A stretch of 64,000 nt of DNA, taken from assembly GCA_000165425.1 (NCBI GenBank), contig CT868036.1, positions 62,001 to 126,000 of the forward strand, written 5' to 3'. Source of the DNA: Paramecium tetraurelia (Eukaryota). The notes beneath the pieces were generated by a model, which saw nothing but the letters and a program-made list of their open reading frames with translations, was not told the origin of the DNA and searched no databases. Below, piece by piece: positions 39,722 to 51,535 of the stretch. The translations under genes and the position numbers were made by a program. Positions within the stretch are counted from its first letter, which is position 1. Each line of letters begins with the position of its first letter.

Positions 39722-41176
39722 ATGAATTTATACTTAGAATAAGCGGCAGAAGAGATTGAATAGGCTATTTCTGATGCTGATCAATTGCTTGCCTTGAGCA
39801 AAGCTACTATTCAGAAATTTACAAATTATCTCAAGAGAAAATAATAAGAAAAATTGGATCGAAGATTTCATGTTAATGCTACTATGGATGAATCTAATAG
39901 TATGAAGTAATTAGACAAACAATAATTGAACCAACTCAAAATATTAGAATTCTTCAATAAAGCTCATAAGGATATCGATAGATAATTAAGAGAATTAAAG
40001 GAAATGATTCCCTCCAATCCACAAACTTTCATCATAGAGGATATTAATGAGCAAGACTACACAAACAAATAAACAGAATTAAAATAAATATAAAAAGGAA
40101 ACCCTTAAGAGACAAAGTATTTTCCAATTTTTAAACAAGCTTAAAATGGAGGGCAAAAAAATTAAAACTCCCTAAACCTCAATTAACATAACTAAATAAC
40201 GAATTAACTAAATAATTAGCCATAATAATCGCAATAAAATGTATTAGTATTTCAACAATAATAAATGAACCAACAATAAAAAGAAAACAATTAATTAAAA
40301 ATTCAAAGTGCTCCTCAATTGGATTTATTATGTGATAATTAAAAACCTAAATTGAAATAGACCAAAGAAAATAAAGATAATAAGGATTAAACCATAACCT
40401 TTGGGCGATTACAGAAGTTTTCTTATTAAAAATTATTGTATCCAAAAAAGGATGAGGGAAGTTGTATCTTCTGTGGCTTAGAAGCTAATGACTTTAATCT
40501 AGGTCCACTTTTATAGATTCCCTCTAACAGAAATCTAAATGAAAAATTTGATTTACATGAAATGTGTGGATTGTGGAGTTAAAATTTAGTGTTTTTCAAC
40601 AAACAAGGATAATGCGATCCTAGCAATATAGATGATGAAGTTGATAAATCAAAATAGACTGTAATCAAATTCATCTAAATTAGAAATGCTTCTTGTGCAG
40701 TAGAACTGGAGCTACTGTGTGCTGTGCTGTATGTCCAGAAGCATTTCATTTCACCTGTCTCATGAAAAGTTCTTCAACAGGTATATATCATTATCATAAT
40801 TAAAGGAAAATTAGTGGAAAGTCAATTCAAGATCTTTTGTGACATACATAAAAAGAAGGCTAATTAAAATGAGAAAACTTCAAGCGAAGAAAATAGTCAA
40901 ATTAAAAGACCCAAGAAGACTTGTTACAAACTTAATCAATCCAAAGCTCTCATTAAAACAAGTCCAAAGAGAAGTCCAAGAAGAAGTCCCAAAAGATTTA
41001 AATCACCATCGTCTAAATAAATAAAGATTTCTAAATGTATCTTACCGAAAGATGACTAAGAGGTACATTAAAACAATTTGTAAGATTTGATGTCTTAATT
41101 ACTAAAATAATACGAGACTACATAACAATAAAATTCCTCATTAATTTAAGAATCTGACTTGAAATTGGAAGCATGA
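39722..41176 (+). CDS. Extended PHD finger (zf-HC5HC2H type) protein
   Basis: CIFC...HEMCGLWS...KCFLCSRTGATVCCAVCPEAFHFTC...IFCDIH; two tiny introns. Confidence 0.85.
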
Positions 41177-42213
41177 TTGAGATGAAATGAGTAAATCTAA
41201 AAAATTTATTTTTAAAGTATTTTATTTTAAATAGAATTATAAAAAGCCATTATTATAACTTAATTTAAAAACAGAGCTTAATTGTAATTTAAATGTTAAA
41301 TTATTGAATTTAAAATACTGGAGTAAATAATGATTTCATTTAGATACAAATAAGTTATGTTCTCCAATAAATTCATAAATACTTTATTTATTTATCATGT
41401 TGATGGATTGCAATTTTAAAAATCCATTTTTTAGTTAGTTGATTATTTGATAGCCCACATTATTGACTCGAAATATCTTCTAGAATTAAAAAATATTAAC
41501 AGAAGCAATAGGACTACTTAAATTTAAAAGTCTATACTGCCTAAACAAAAATGATGTAGTTTATTTTTTAGTTTAAAAGGACAATATGTGAAAAACCTAT
41601 TATTATATTTAATTCTAATTAAGATTTAAGTCAAAATTTGATACCTACTAAAATTTTACATCAAGAAAATCTAGAATATTTTTGAATGTTGAATTCTGTG
41701 AAAAGGAAACTACTTATATAATTTTAGATGGATAAATTTAATATCCTATATAAAATTGATTGAAAAGAGTAAGTCAAACAAAAGCTCAAAAATTATGAGA
41801 GAAAGTTTAAATAATAAAATGATTAATTTTTTCAAGAGAGGTATTTTAAATTTTGACTGTTAAAAATTGAATTACAAAGTTATGATTTTTCTTATTAAAA
41901 CTTATCAGAATATTATATGTTATAGAATAGTGTTAAAATGGAATATATAATCAATAGCAAAACTATTGGGAAGAGAATTAAAAAAAAAAAAATAATAGAC
42001 TTGAAAACTTATTTCTCAGCTAAACTTTAAAAGTATTTGAAATAATCATTGATAATTTAATATATTATAAAATTGTAAATTAAGCAAAAATCGATTCAAC
42101 CAATATTTCAAACAATAACAAAAATGATGAAATTCTTTTTCTAATATTAAGAGAGAGAAATTTGATATTTATTTCTTGTTGTGTAATTTATTGTTTAATT
42201 ACAAAACAATATA

Positions 42214-42861
42214 TCATCTGGTCATTCTACAATGTGGACAAAACCATTTAGTCTTTTCATCAGGAACATCACTTAATCCTACGCATGACAAATGAAACCA
42301 TTCTATTTAACAATTTTTTGAATCGCAAGCAACCATACAGCCATAACTAGGTTATGAACACACACAATATGTATGTTATTGAGCATCTTCAGCTTGTTCA
42401 TCTTACAATGGTCTTTTAGTTTTTTTAATTTTGTCACTCTTTTATACAATAACAGGAGGTTCGACCTTTACATCCCCCCGTTGAGATTTACGAGATATAT
42501 CTTCTTATTCTCTTGGCAACTGTTTTAGTTCTTCCAAAAACTTTTCTCCCTCAATATCAAGAGTTGCTATATATTTTTAATAATTTTATTAAATAATTTC
42601 TAAAGCCGCAATTCTTTCTCTGTGTAAAGCCAGCAATTATAAATGATGTCTTTGAATTTGGTCTTTTAATTATAAGATAAATTTTTCCTTTTCTGCCGTT
42701 GACTCGACAGATTTCAATTAAAACACTAGTTTTTAAGTTGATTCCAAGGTTTCTTCATATTTTTTTTCTAAATTTGCCAACTCCCGAACTTTGCTGAAGG
42801 CCCTTCTTACATCTATAGGGGCATAACTAATTAAATCTATGAATTCTTCAATATTTGACAT
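42214..42861 (-). CDS. ING (inhibitor of growth) family PHD protein
   Basis: [26 protein letters not shown]-terminus; [33 protein letters not shown]...WFCPHC. Confidence 0.92.
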
Positions 42862-42905
42862 TTTCTCAACTTATATATGTATTTTATAATTATATATATA
42901 TTATA

Positions 42906-43889
42906 ATGATTAATCAATTTTTACAAAATATCAAATTGCTTAAGAATGTAAAGTAATTAGTGTTAGACAATCCTACAGCTGATATGGAATCATGCATTGG
43001 ATCAATTATTTTGTCCTATCACATGACCTAATTTCATATCCCAACAGCACCCATCATTTATTATAATAGATAATCATTTGGATCCATTTCGAGTTAGTTG
43101 ATGAATTGTTATTTATTAATGATGTTGGTTTAAAGCAATATGGTTTGATTCTTTATGATCACAATTACATCAAATATACAAATAATCAGATTGGCTGTAT
43201 CCATCATCATGAAGATAAAGGATAGCATTTTACTCAATTTAAAAAGTTAGAAAAAGTAGGTTCTGCAGTAACCTTTGTGGCAAAATCTATGGAATTAGAA
43301 AAAAATTACAAATGCAAATAGGAAATTGGAGAAATTGCATAATTGATAATGAAAACAATATTAATAGATACATTCAATTTTTAATAAAACCAATATCAAA
43401 TTAGATGGATGGACAAAGATAAACAAATTCTCGATTTATGCCATTCTTCTATCCTTAACTTAATGCTTAAAAGAGTATTAATATCTTACAGATTTGAATT
43501 AAAATGAATTTCCAACTCTCCCTTACTCAAAAATTGCTCAATGATTATAAAAAGATTTTTACTGTTGGATACAGTGTTATATATATCAAATTAAAAGACT
43601 TAATTTAGAATTATAATGAAAATCAATTAATCTAAGAATTCAATGGATTTTGATCAAGCAAGGATGCAAGACTTTTGATAGTATTTTTTCTTTTCTTTGA
43701 GAATGAGGAAATTCAGAGAAGTATGTTGATATATCGAGAAAATCAAATATAGATTAAAAAACAATTGAGTGAATTCAAATTCGAATAGCAACAGAGCCCT
43801 ATTGGGAATACATTATTTTTGAAAGATATAGATAATATTTATAGCAGAAAATAATTGAACCCATAATATCACAATTATTTCATGATTGA
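42906..43889 (+). pseudogene. Exopolyphosphatase / PRUNE (DHH family) pseudogene
   Basis: Motifs VLDNPTADMES, YDHN, CIHHH, VGSAVT, LIDTFN, DYK in order but split over several frames, with in-frame TGAs. Confidence 0.85.
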
Positions 43890-44645
43890 GGATATTATAT
43901 CCTAAACATCGCCTTTTATTAACAATTTATTATTAATAGGGTCCAATCTTCTCAAATTGGTTTCTTTATTTATTAAAACTATTGGGACGTTTTCATTTAT
44001 CCTATAAATCATATTTGAAAATGGTTGAACTTGAAGACTGGTTCCCATAATGATAACCAAATCACTCAATGAAATTTCAGGTAATTTTTCAAAATATAAT
44101 TATGGAAGTGATTATCCAAAAAATACCACATCAGGTTTAATCAAGCCATTACAATCAGTACATTTCATTATCTCACTTTTATCAACGTTTTAATAAAATG
44201 TTTTTACACAATACGTTTTCTTACAGTCTATACAACTTGCTGTTCTTCTATGTCCATGCACTTAAATCACTTTGGATTCTCTCACTCCTGCCACCAATTC
44301 CAGACCATCAATATTTTGAGTGAAACAATTTAATAATTAATCATTTCTATCTAAGTGATAAATAAATTAATGAGCAAATGTTGGTTGTAAATCTAAATTA
44401 TGTGTTCCAAATTCTTTGCTAACTGAGTAATACAATGAAGGATTCTTTCTAAACACATTGATATCATAAACCTATTCAGGATTGCTCAGATTGAACTTTT
44501 TTAATTAATCATATAATCCTGTATCCTTGCTTCTATAATCGCTAAGTCCAGCTGCAACACTGATACCTGCACCTGCTGCTATTGTTATCTTTTTGAATTC
44601 TTTAGCTTTTAATTTTCTGATTAATTCATTCAAAGTCAATGACAT
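43869..44645 (-). CDS. Class I sirtuin (SIRT2/Hst2-like NAD-dependent deacylase)
   Basis: GAGISVAAGLSDYRS, FTQNIDGLE, HG, CxxC...CxxC, KPDVVFFG, GTSLQVQP; 258 aa intronless. Confidence 0.95.
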
Positions 44646-44859
44646 TTTATAATAATTTTATTTAATGATATGGCAAGACCTAAGAACTCGATTAAGAACT
44701 AAATAATTTTAATTTTCAAATTGCAACGTTCCCTAGATTGATAATGTGAATACCTAAACGAAGTTCAGTGACTTTCAAAGAGGAATAAATATGAATCAAT
44801 TATATAAAAGTAATTTAAAGGAAAATTATTACGCTTAATTAAAGGTTATTATATAAGAA

Positions 44860-45615
44860 TCAATCTTCTTGCTTTTTTTATATGAGTTTAGGCAAAGCAC
44901 AAACTTTTTATTTATTAAATTATGAAAATTGAGTGGTCTTGAGTGAACGTGCCGACTAAGAAAAATAGGTGTTTATCATTAAATTCTTTTTTGAGCGTAT
45001 TAAGATATTTCTGTTTGTGATAGCTCTATTATTTGAAGATTAAATGTTTAATGGACTTTAATCTTGCACAATATTGACATTGAGAGATTTTACTGATTGA
45101 TTATCAGATGTAGAAGTATTAACTTAGTAACTCCCATTTATACTACCTCTCCTTGATCTTTCATTACTTTCAGCTATTAACCTTTTCATTGTGCTTTGTC
45201 TACTGAAATTCTTGTCAATTCCATGAATCTGAAGGGAAAGTCTTAATTTATGATGCTCTGTTGATTTTAAAGATTGATATTGATAGAAGATACTTCTTCT
45301 CTCTAATATAATACAATAGAAATTACCTTTTGATGGGCTGAGACTCTCTTGGATTTATGGTTTTGGGTTTTCCACAAATTATTCCTTTTTTTAGAAGGGA
45401 ACATTCATCATATTAAACTACATTGCAGACATTTCTCCACATAATTAGCAATGACAGCTTTTTCTTCTTATTCTAACAGTTTTTTCATCGAATTTATTTC
45501 TTTTGACCAAGAAGTTTGTAGTCTTACGAATTCTCTTTCGGTCGTTTAGAACCACACAGTATGAATCAATTAGTGTTAATGCATGGAGGTCTTTCGAGGA
45601 CTAATTATTTTTCAT
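44860..45615 (-). CDS. Hypothetical basic protein with RRKSCHCQLCG motif
   Basis: Open ATG-TGA frame carrying the family motif. Confidence 0.75.
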
Positions 45616-45659
45616 AATTATTAATAATCAAAATTGAATAAATAGTTTGAATAAATACA

Positions 45660-46511
45660 TCAATTCCGTTTTCGATATAAAGATTTTTTCAAGTGCAATA
45701 AATCGTTGCTGACTTTATAAGCTATTGGAGGCAGTTTTGGAACTAAATTTTTAGGAGGGGAAAGAAATTTTTTGGGGAAACCTAAATAGGGATTAAGATT
45801 GGCTCCATTCAGAGTATGATCAAATGATTTTAACCTTTATGATTATTTTGGTGTGGATTAATCACTCCTTGGAGAAATTATTAATTATGGAGTCAATGAG
45901 AGTCTAGTTTCCAAATTAGATAATTTTAGTTTTGATTGCTTAAGTAATCTAGTTGTTGTTTTCGAAGTTTAATGACTAAATTAATACATTAATGAGGGAT
46001 TTTATTATTTAAAACTTCTAAAAAATTGACTCTTAGTTTCTAAATTAAATAAATATTTATTACACATATTAATGTTTGATACAAATTTATGGACTTTTCT
46101 TTATGTTTTACAATCATTTAAGTAGTTGATCTTTAATAATGGTATACTTTAATTTTTCAATTCATATTGTGTCAAGCTACCACATTCTGAACAATAACAA
46201 CTCTTCCTTCTTTTTTTAGTTTATAAATCAATTTTCTCAAAATCTTCTTAGCAGGTTTTCAATCTGTTTAATAGACTTTCTAACTTCCTAGTTTCTTATT
46301 CTTACTAAATAATGAGTTCATTGTTGTTAGATGTCTCAGATAACTACGAAATCTGAACATCATGAAATCTTATTTAAAATTCACTATTTTTTCCACATTA
46401 AGTACATGTACAGCTTTTTCTTCTACTTTTTCGATTATCATTAATAAGGACATCTGGTTCAATACACTATATACTTCCTGATCTTTTTTTATTTGCATTG
46501 AAATGCCTCAT
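45660..46511 (-). CDS. Hypothetical basic protein with two RRKSCxCxxCG motifs
   Basis: RRKSCTCTQCG and RRKSCYCSECG; tandem with the 44860 gene. Confidence 0.75.
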
Positions 46512-48020
46512 TTTTATTATTATTTGAAATTAGGATAAATATGAAATAAATTCCTCAAAATCAAAACGTAGCTAAATCAATAAAATCATAAATTTTAGAA
46601 ATTATAATCAATATCATACTTTAGAGTGGTAAAAAAATCTTATATTTATTCTTTTAAATAGTGAAAAGTCTGTATGCATGTATATTAATCTACCTAAAAT
46701 TAAGAAAGGTCTTCCTCTTTGATTTGGTAGTTTTTATTATTCTTAAAATCAAGCCCTCCAACAATCATATAAGTTGGAAATTTTTTATTGGAATTCTCCA
46801 CAAGTTTTAAATATTTTGTTGATTTATGATTCAAATTCTGTATTATTCTTAGGATCCCCTAAATCCTAAATAAGTATTAATAAACTTATATATATTTTAA
46901 GGCTTCCTGCGTTATAACAAATAACTATATTTAAATGATAAAATTGCTTATGCTCAATAAATTGAATGTGAAACCCATTTTAGATAATTTTAAATTCCTA
47001 AATACTCATTACTTTTATCTTCTATATCCACAATAAAAAGGCCTTGCATAAATTTACAACTTGCTTTCTTTTTAAAATGTGAAATAATTAATGTGGTTAC
47101 AAATTTGTTTCTTGAAAAATATTAGTTAATCAAAATAAGCTGATGAATTTATGGAGAAGATTTGATCATATAATGAATAATTATAATTATTCAGTAATCC
47201 TATTTTTTATTAAAAATGCAAAATTAATTTGTTTTATATGTAATTATAAGCAATTCATTATTTAATCAAATATTTATTTATTTAGTAAATGAAAAATTTT
47301 ATATTAACTCATTCTGATGCTAAATTTACATTATTAATCATCAGTTTAAACAAAGTTGATTAAAGTTTTTATTTAATTAAAATAACATTTTCACAGGATA
47401 TTCAAAATACTCCTTCCAATAAATTCTTGTAAAGGAATGACTCTCTATATTAAATCAAAAGATTAAGTTGAAACAATTGTTAAAATCAATAAAGAAAACA
47501 AAAAGTTTATATGATGTAAGGCTACATAATTCAATTGCTAATCTATGGATTCTATTGATTAAATTTACTCCTTATAGCTTGATTTAATTTTATGATATCA
47601 TTAAAAAGCAGGATTTTGAAGCGTAAAATTGCTTATGGGAGTTAACTATAAATTGAATTAAGGTTAAATTATTAGTTCCCTATCAAAGATATTGTTAAGG
47701 ATTCTTCAGGAATTCTCAAAGGATTTATTGTATAGAATTATTTTCTTAGATTAAGATATGTACTTCTGACTTAAAATAGTTAACTAGTATATATTTTTGA
47801 AGGATTAATAATAAGATAAAGGATTGTTAGAGGCTTTTAATTGAATTGCAAAAATAAATCTTTCATAAATTCTAAATTTCTCTCCTTAACGAGGTTTGAT
47901 AAATTGTTATTTAGAAAGAGATGTTTTCAAAATAAATAATGAATTCGGAACAGAATACTAGAAAGTTTTCTCTTGATTACATAATTTATTAAACAATTTT
48001 CTAAATTTAAAAAATATAAG

Positions 48021-48473
48021 ATGGATTAAACTAATCATCAAGTACTCGAGTTAAAAATGGAATTTTTAACTTGCATGAAGAATAGCAAATATTAAGAAGC
48101 TCATGTAATCATTCAAAAGAGTAAGATAATTATGATAATGAGAGTTTTGAAGATCGATCCTAACAATCCTTTAATTGGGAAATGCAATAAATTTTTAACT
48201 GAATTCAAGACCAAATTGGAGGAGAAGGAAAAAGAATTGAAAGAAGAGGAAGAAGAAGAAGAGGAGGAGGAATAATAATAAGCAGACGATGATGAATCCG
48301 ATGGAGTGGATCCAAATGATGTACCTGATTTGGAAGAGGAATTAGGAATTCAACATAACGAAGCTGAAATTTAGGAGAGGAAGAAGAGATTGTTTTAGCT
48401 TCTATAAAATGTTGATGCTGGTGACAAGGAGGCAGTTTTGGATGCAATAAGAAAATCAAAATAATAAGGATGA
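48021..48473 (+). CDS. Glutamate-rich protein with a TPR-like hairpin (ERICH2-like)
   Basis: ELKMEFLTCMKNSKYQEAHVIIQK|ILKIDPNNP followed by poly-Glu; one tiny intron. Confidence 0.65.
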
Positions 48474-48489
48474 TTATATAATAATTTAT

Positions 48490-49611
48490 ATGGGTAAATC
48501 AATGTCTTGGATTTCAGCAGTCATTGCTTCTGCATTCTGTTGGGCCAGTGCTGACACTGCTTTCGATGTCATTTTGGATAGTTAAGAATCCGAGCTACCT
48601 TAAAAGAAATAGTAGATGCCATCAAGCATTCATCTAACTCATTCCTAAACGATGCTACTATGTGCTTTAACTACTTATATTATTGTAATAATATTAGAAA
48701 TATTATTAGATTTTTGGATACTTTATTTATATAGAGTTGGTTGGGCCACAGTACTCAGAGTTGGTAGGCAATTATACTGTTTTTGGATCTGTTTAATCAT
48801 TACCCCTATTGATTATAAGTGGAATATTCTCCTATTATCATTATCATTTCATCATAAGAGCCTTTGAGAATTCATCTAGCACCGTTATATTGCCGTTTTT
48901 ATAAGTATTTGTATGTTGATAATTAGTTTTCTTCAATCTTTGCATTTCTATTCTCAATTCTCTAAAATTATCTATCCGACAGGCCATATTTATCCAGCTA
49001 TTTACATTTACTTGCCTATTTTCTGATACTTCTTGGAGGCTTAGCTCCAGCCACTGATGGGCATTTGATTAAAATATTCCAATTTCAATTTTGGTCTCAA
49101 CCATTTGTTAAGTTTGCTATCATTTCAGATATGTCTCATGCTATATACACAAACATAATAAGTTATGTTGGAAAAGGAGAGAGCGAAGGACAATTGTATA
49201 ATATCTATGGAAATATGGAATTCTTCATTCTTACACGTATCATGTTTGTTTTGATACAAACTGCTAAATTGAAGTTTAATAGGTAAATGTAGATAGAAAT
49301 GATTTAATTGTTCGACAAACCCAGAAATTTAATAGTGGGTACTATAATAGGCGAAATCATGACTTTGTTTGGTTACTTCAGTTCCGTTTATGCATATTAG
49401 ACATATTATTAGGTAATGTATTGGAATCATATTTTAGGCAGGAGTTGTGAGTGCCAGTGAGTCTTCATTGAATTTGATTATTAATTTGTTTTTAGCTTAT
49501 TTACTCAAAAAATACCTAAATATTGGGAAATAAGCCTCATTACACAATTTGGGATTGAAGATTTTATCATGTGTAACAATAAGTATTGGATTAACAATTG
49601 CGACAATTTGA
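48490..49611 (+). CDS. Multi-pass membrane protein, EamA/DMT-like transporter
   Basis: About 10 hydrophobic segments; ASAFCWA start, RAFENSSSTVILPFLQ; several tiny introns. Confidence 0.7.
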
Positions 49612-49644
49612 TTTATTAATTTGTTTATAGCAAAATATTATAAT

Positions 49645-50550
49645 TCATGATAGCTACTCTTACATTTGTAGGACTTGTTTCTTTTCCTCTAAGACCTTTT
49701 CCTTGAATTGTCTAAGATATTGTTAGTCCTACTAGAGATTGGAGCGTTCCTTTAGAATGAATTAAGCCAATTATTCAACAGCATCAATTTATACATTTAA
49801 CTAACTCTGTACTTTATTTTTATTTCTTTGGAGACTCAGTAATTGGGACACAAAACTATTCAATTTGATTTGTAGTTTTTCCATTTCATCTCTCCTGTTG
49901 TTTAATTGATTATCCTAAAGAATTAGAAATATTAATACATATCTTAATTGTTCCTATGAACATTCATCTATATTGAGTTGTTGGTTATAATAATTCAATT
50001 CTTGCTTATGCAAATTTTACTGTTTTTGTTATAATAACTATGATCGTTAATTTGATTTTCTTTGTTTTTCATTTAGCTTCTTGTCGTTTTCCAATAACAG
50101 CTTTTATTCTTTAGTAATTTGTTCCATTTCGCTGCAATTTTTAAGGTATTTTTCTCTTTGAACATACTCTAATTCTGTAATTTGTTTTTGTAATTTGGAA
50201 TTCTCACTTTTGAGCTTTTATAAACTAGACTGGTCAGTGATTGTTTCTTGATTATCCTCATCAAGCATGATTGTTGGAGCATCCTCATTGTCATGTTGTG
50301 AGCCAGTATTAGAACGGTGGTCATATTTAGATTTTCTCCTTTTTTTGAATGCATCTTAGTTTATGAAATTCTTCTCTATGACTTAGAGCTTTTTCTGAAT
50401 GGCAGATGTCTGGGATTACATAGGGGTGACATTTTCTTTTTTTTACTAGATTATTTTAGCTTGACTTGCGAGTATGGTTTGTAGATGGTCATCTTTGCTT
50501 GATTCTAGTGTCCTTTCAAAAAGAATTAGGAGAGTTTCTTCTAAATTCAT
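49645..50550 (-). CDS. Hypothetical coiled-coil protein
   Basis: Open Q/E/K-rich frame ATG-TGA with probable tiny intron(s). Confidence 0.7.
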
Positions 50551-50688
50551 GTATTAAATTAACGTATATATAATTATTATGAGATGCCTAGTTAAATTAT
50601 CTTTAATTCGACGAATAATACAATGAACATTTCAAATTTTGTATAATAATGAGTAATTTAAAGACTTATTAGTTTAATTAAATTAAGG

Positions 50689-51535
50689 ATGAACAATTAG
50701 GATGGCACCAACAACAATAATGAAGTATTTTAATTTCCATCAGAATTGAAAATAAAAGAAGAGACTCAAAAAGATGAAAACCAAAAAAGGGGAGATGAGA
50801 GACTACAATTATTATAGCCACACACCCAAAGTTCTTTGCCTTCTGTAGAGCAATTGGAAACTATACCTGGTCCCCAATTATTACAGATCTTGTAAACAGT
50901 AAAATGATTTGAATAGCTCAGAAATGTCTATTGATGAGCATCAGCACCAATTAAGAAAATAGATGTCGATCGAAGAAGTAAGCCCATCCCCGTTGAAGAG
51001 GCAGAAAGAAAAAGTGCACCAAAATCCAATTGAAATGAAGTAAGTTGAATAGGTTGAAGAAATTCCTCACATCCAAACTCGAAGAAAAGCGAATAAAACC
51101 AATTATAATGTTGATGATTCTCCAACCGAAGAAGATGATTTCAAAGCTTGTCATTGTTCCAAAACCCATTGTTTATAATTATATTGTTCGTGCTTTCACA
51201 ATCGAAGGCCTTGCACAAACGAATGCAAATGTAACGATTGCTTTAATGACGGTAAACATGAGGATGAGGTCATTAAGGCTGTGGAATAAATTAAATTAAA
51301 AGAATAACGAGCCTCCCATCATGACTTAGACTCATTTGACACCAAATAAGTATGGGGTTGTAAGTGTAAGAAGACTAAGTGTGTCAAAGGTTATTGCGAA
51401 TGTTTCATTAGAGGAAAAAAGTGCACTTCACATTGCTAATGCACAGAATGCGAAAACAAACGGTAACCTAAATAACATAAGTAAAAACCTCCAGAAGAAA
51501 TAACTAAATAAATCAAGAAAAAAAAATATTCATGA
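50689..51535 (+). CDS. Tesmin/TSO1/LIN54-like CRC (two CXC) domain protein
   Basis: CHCSKTHCLQLYCSCF...CTNECKCNDCFN and GCKCKKTKCVKGYCECF...CTSHCQCTECEN. Confidence 0.92.
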
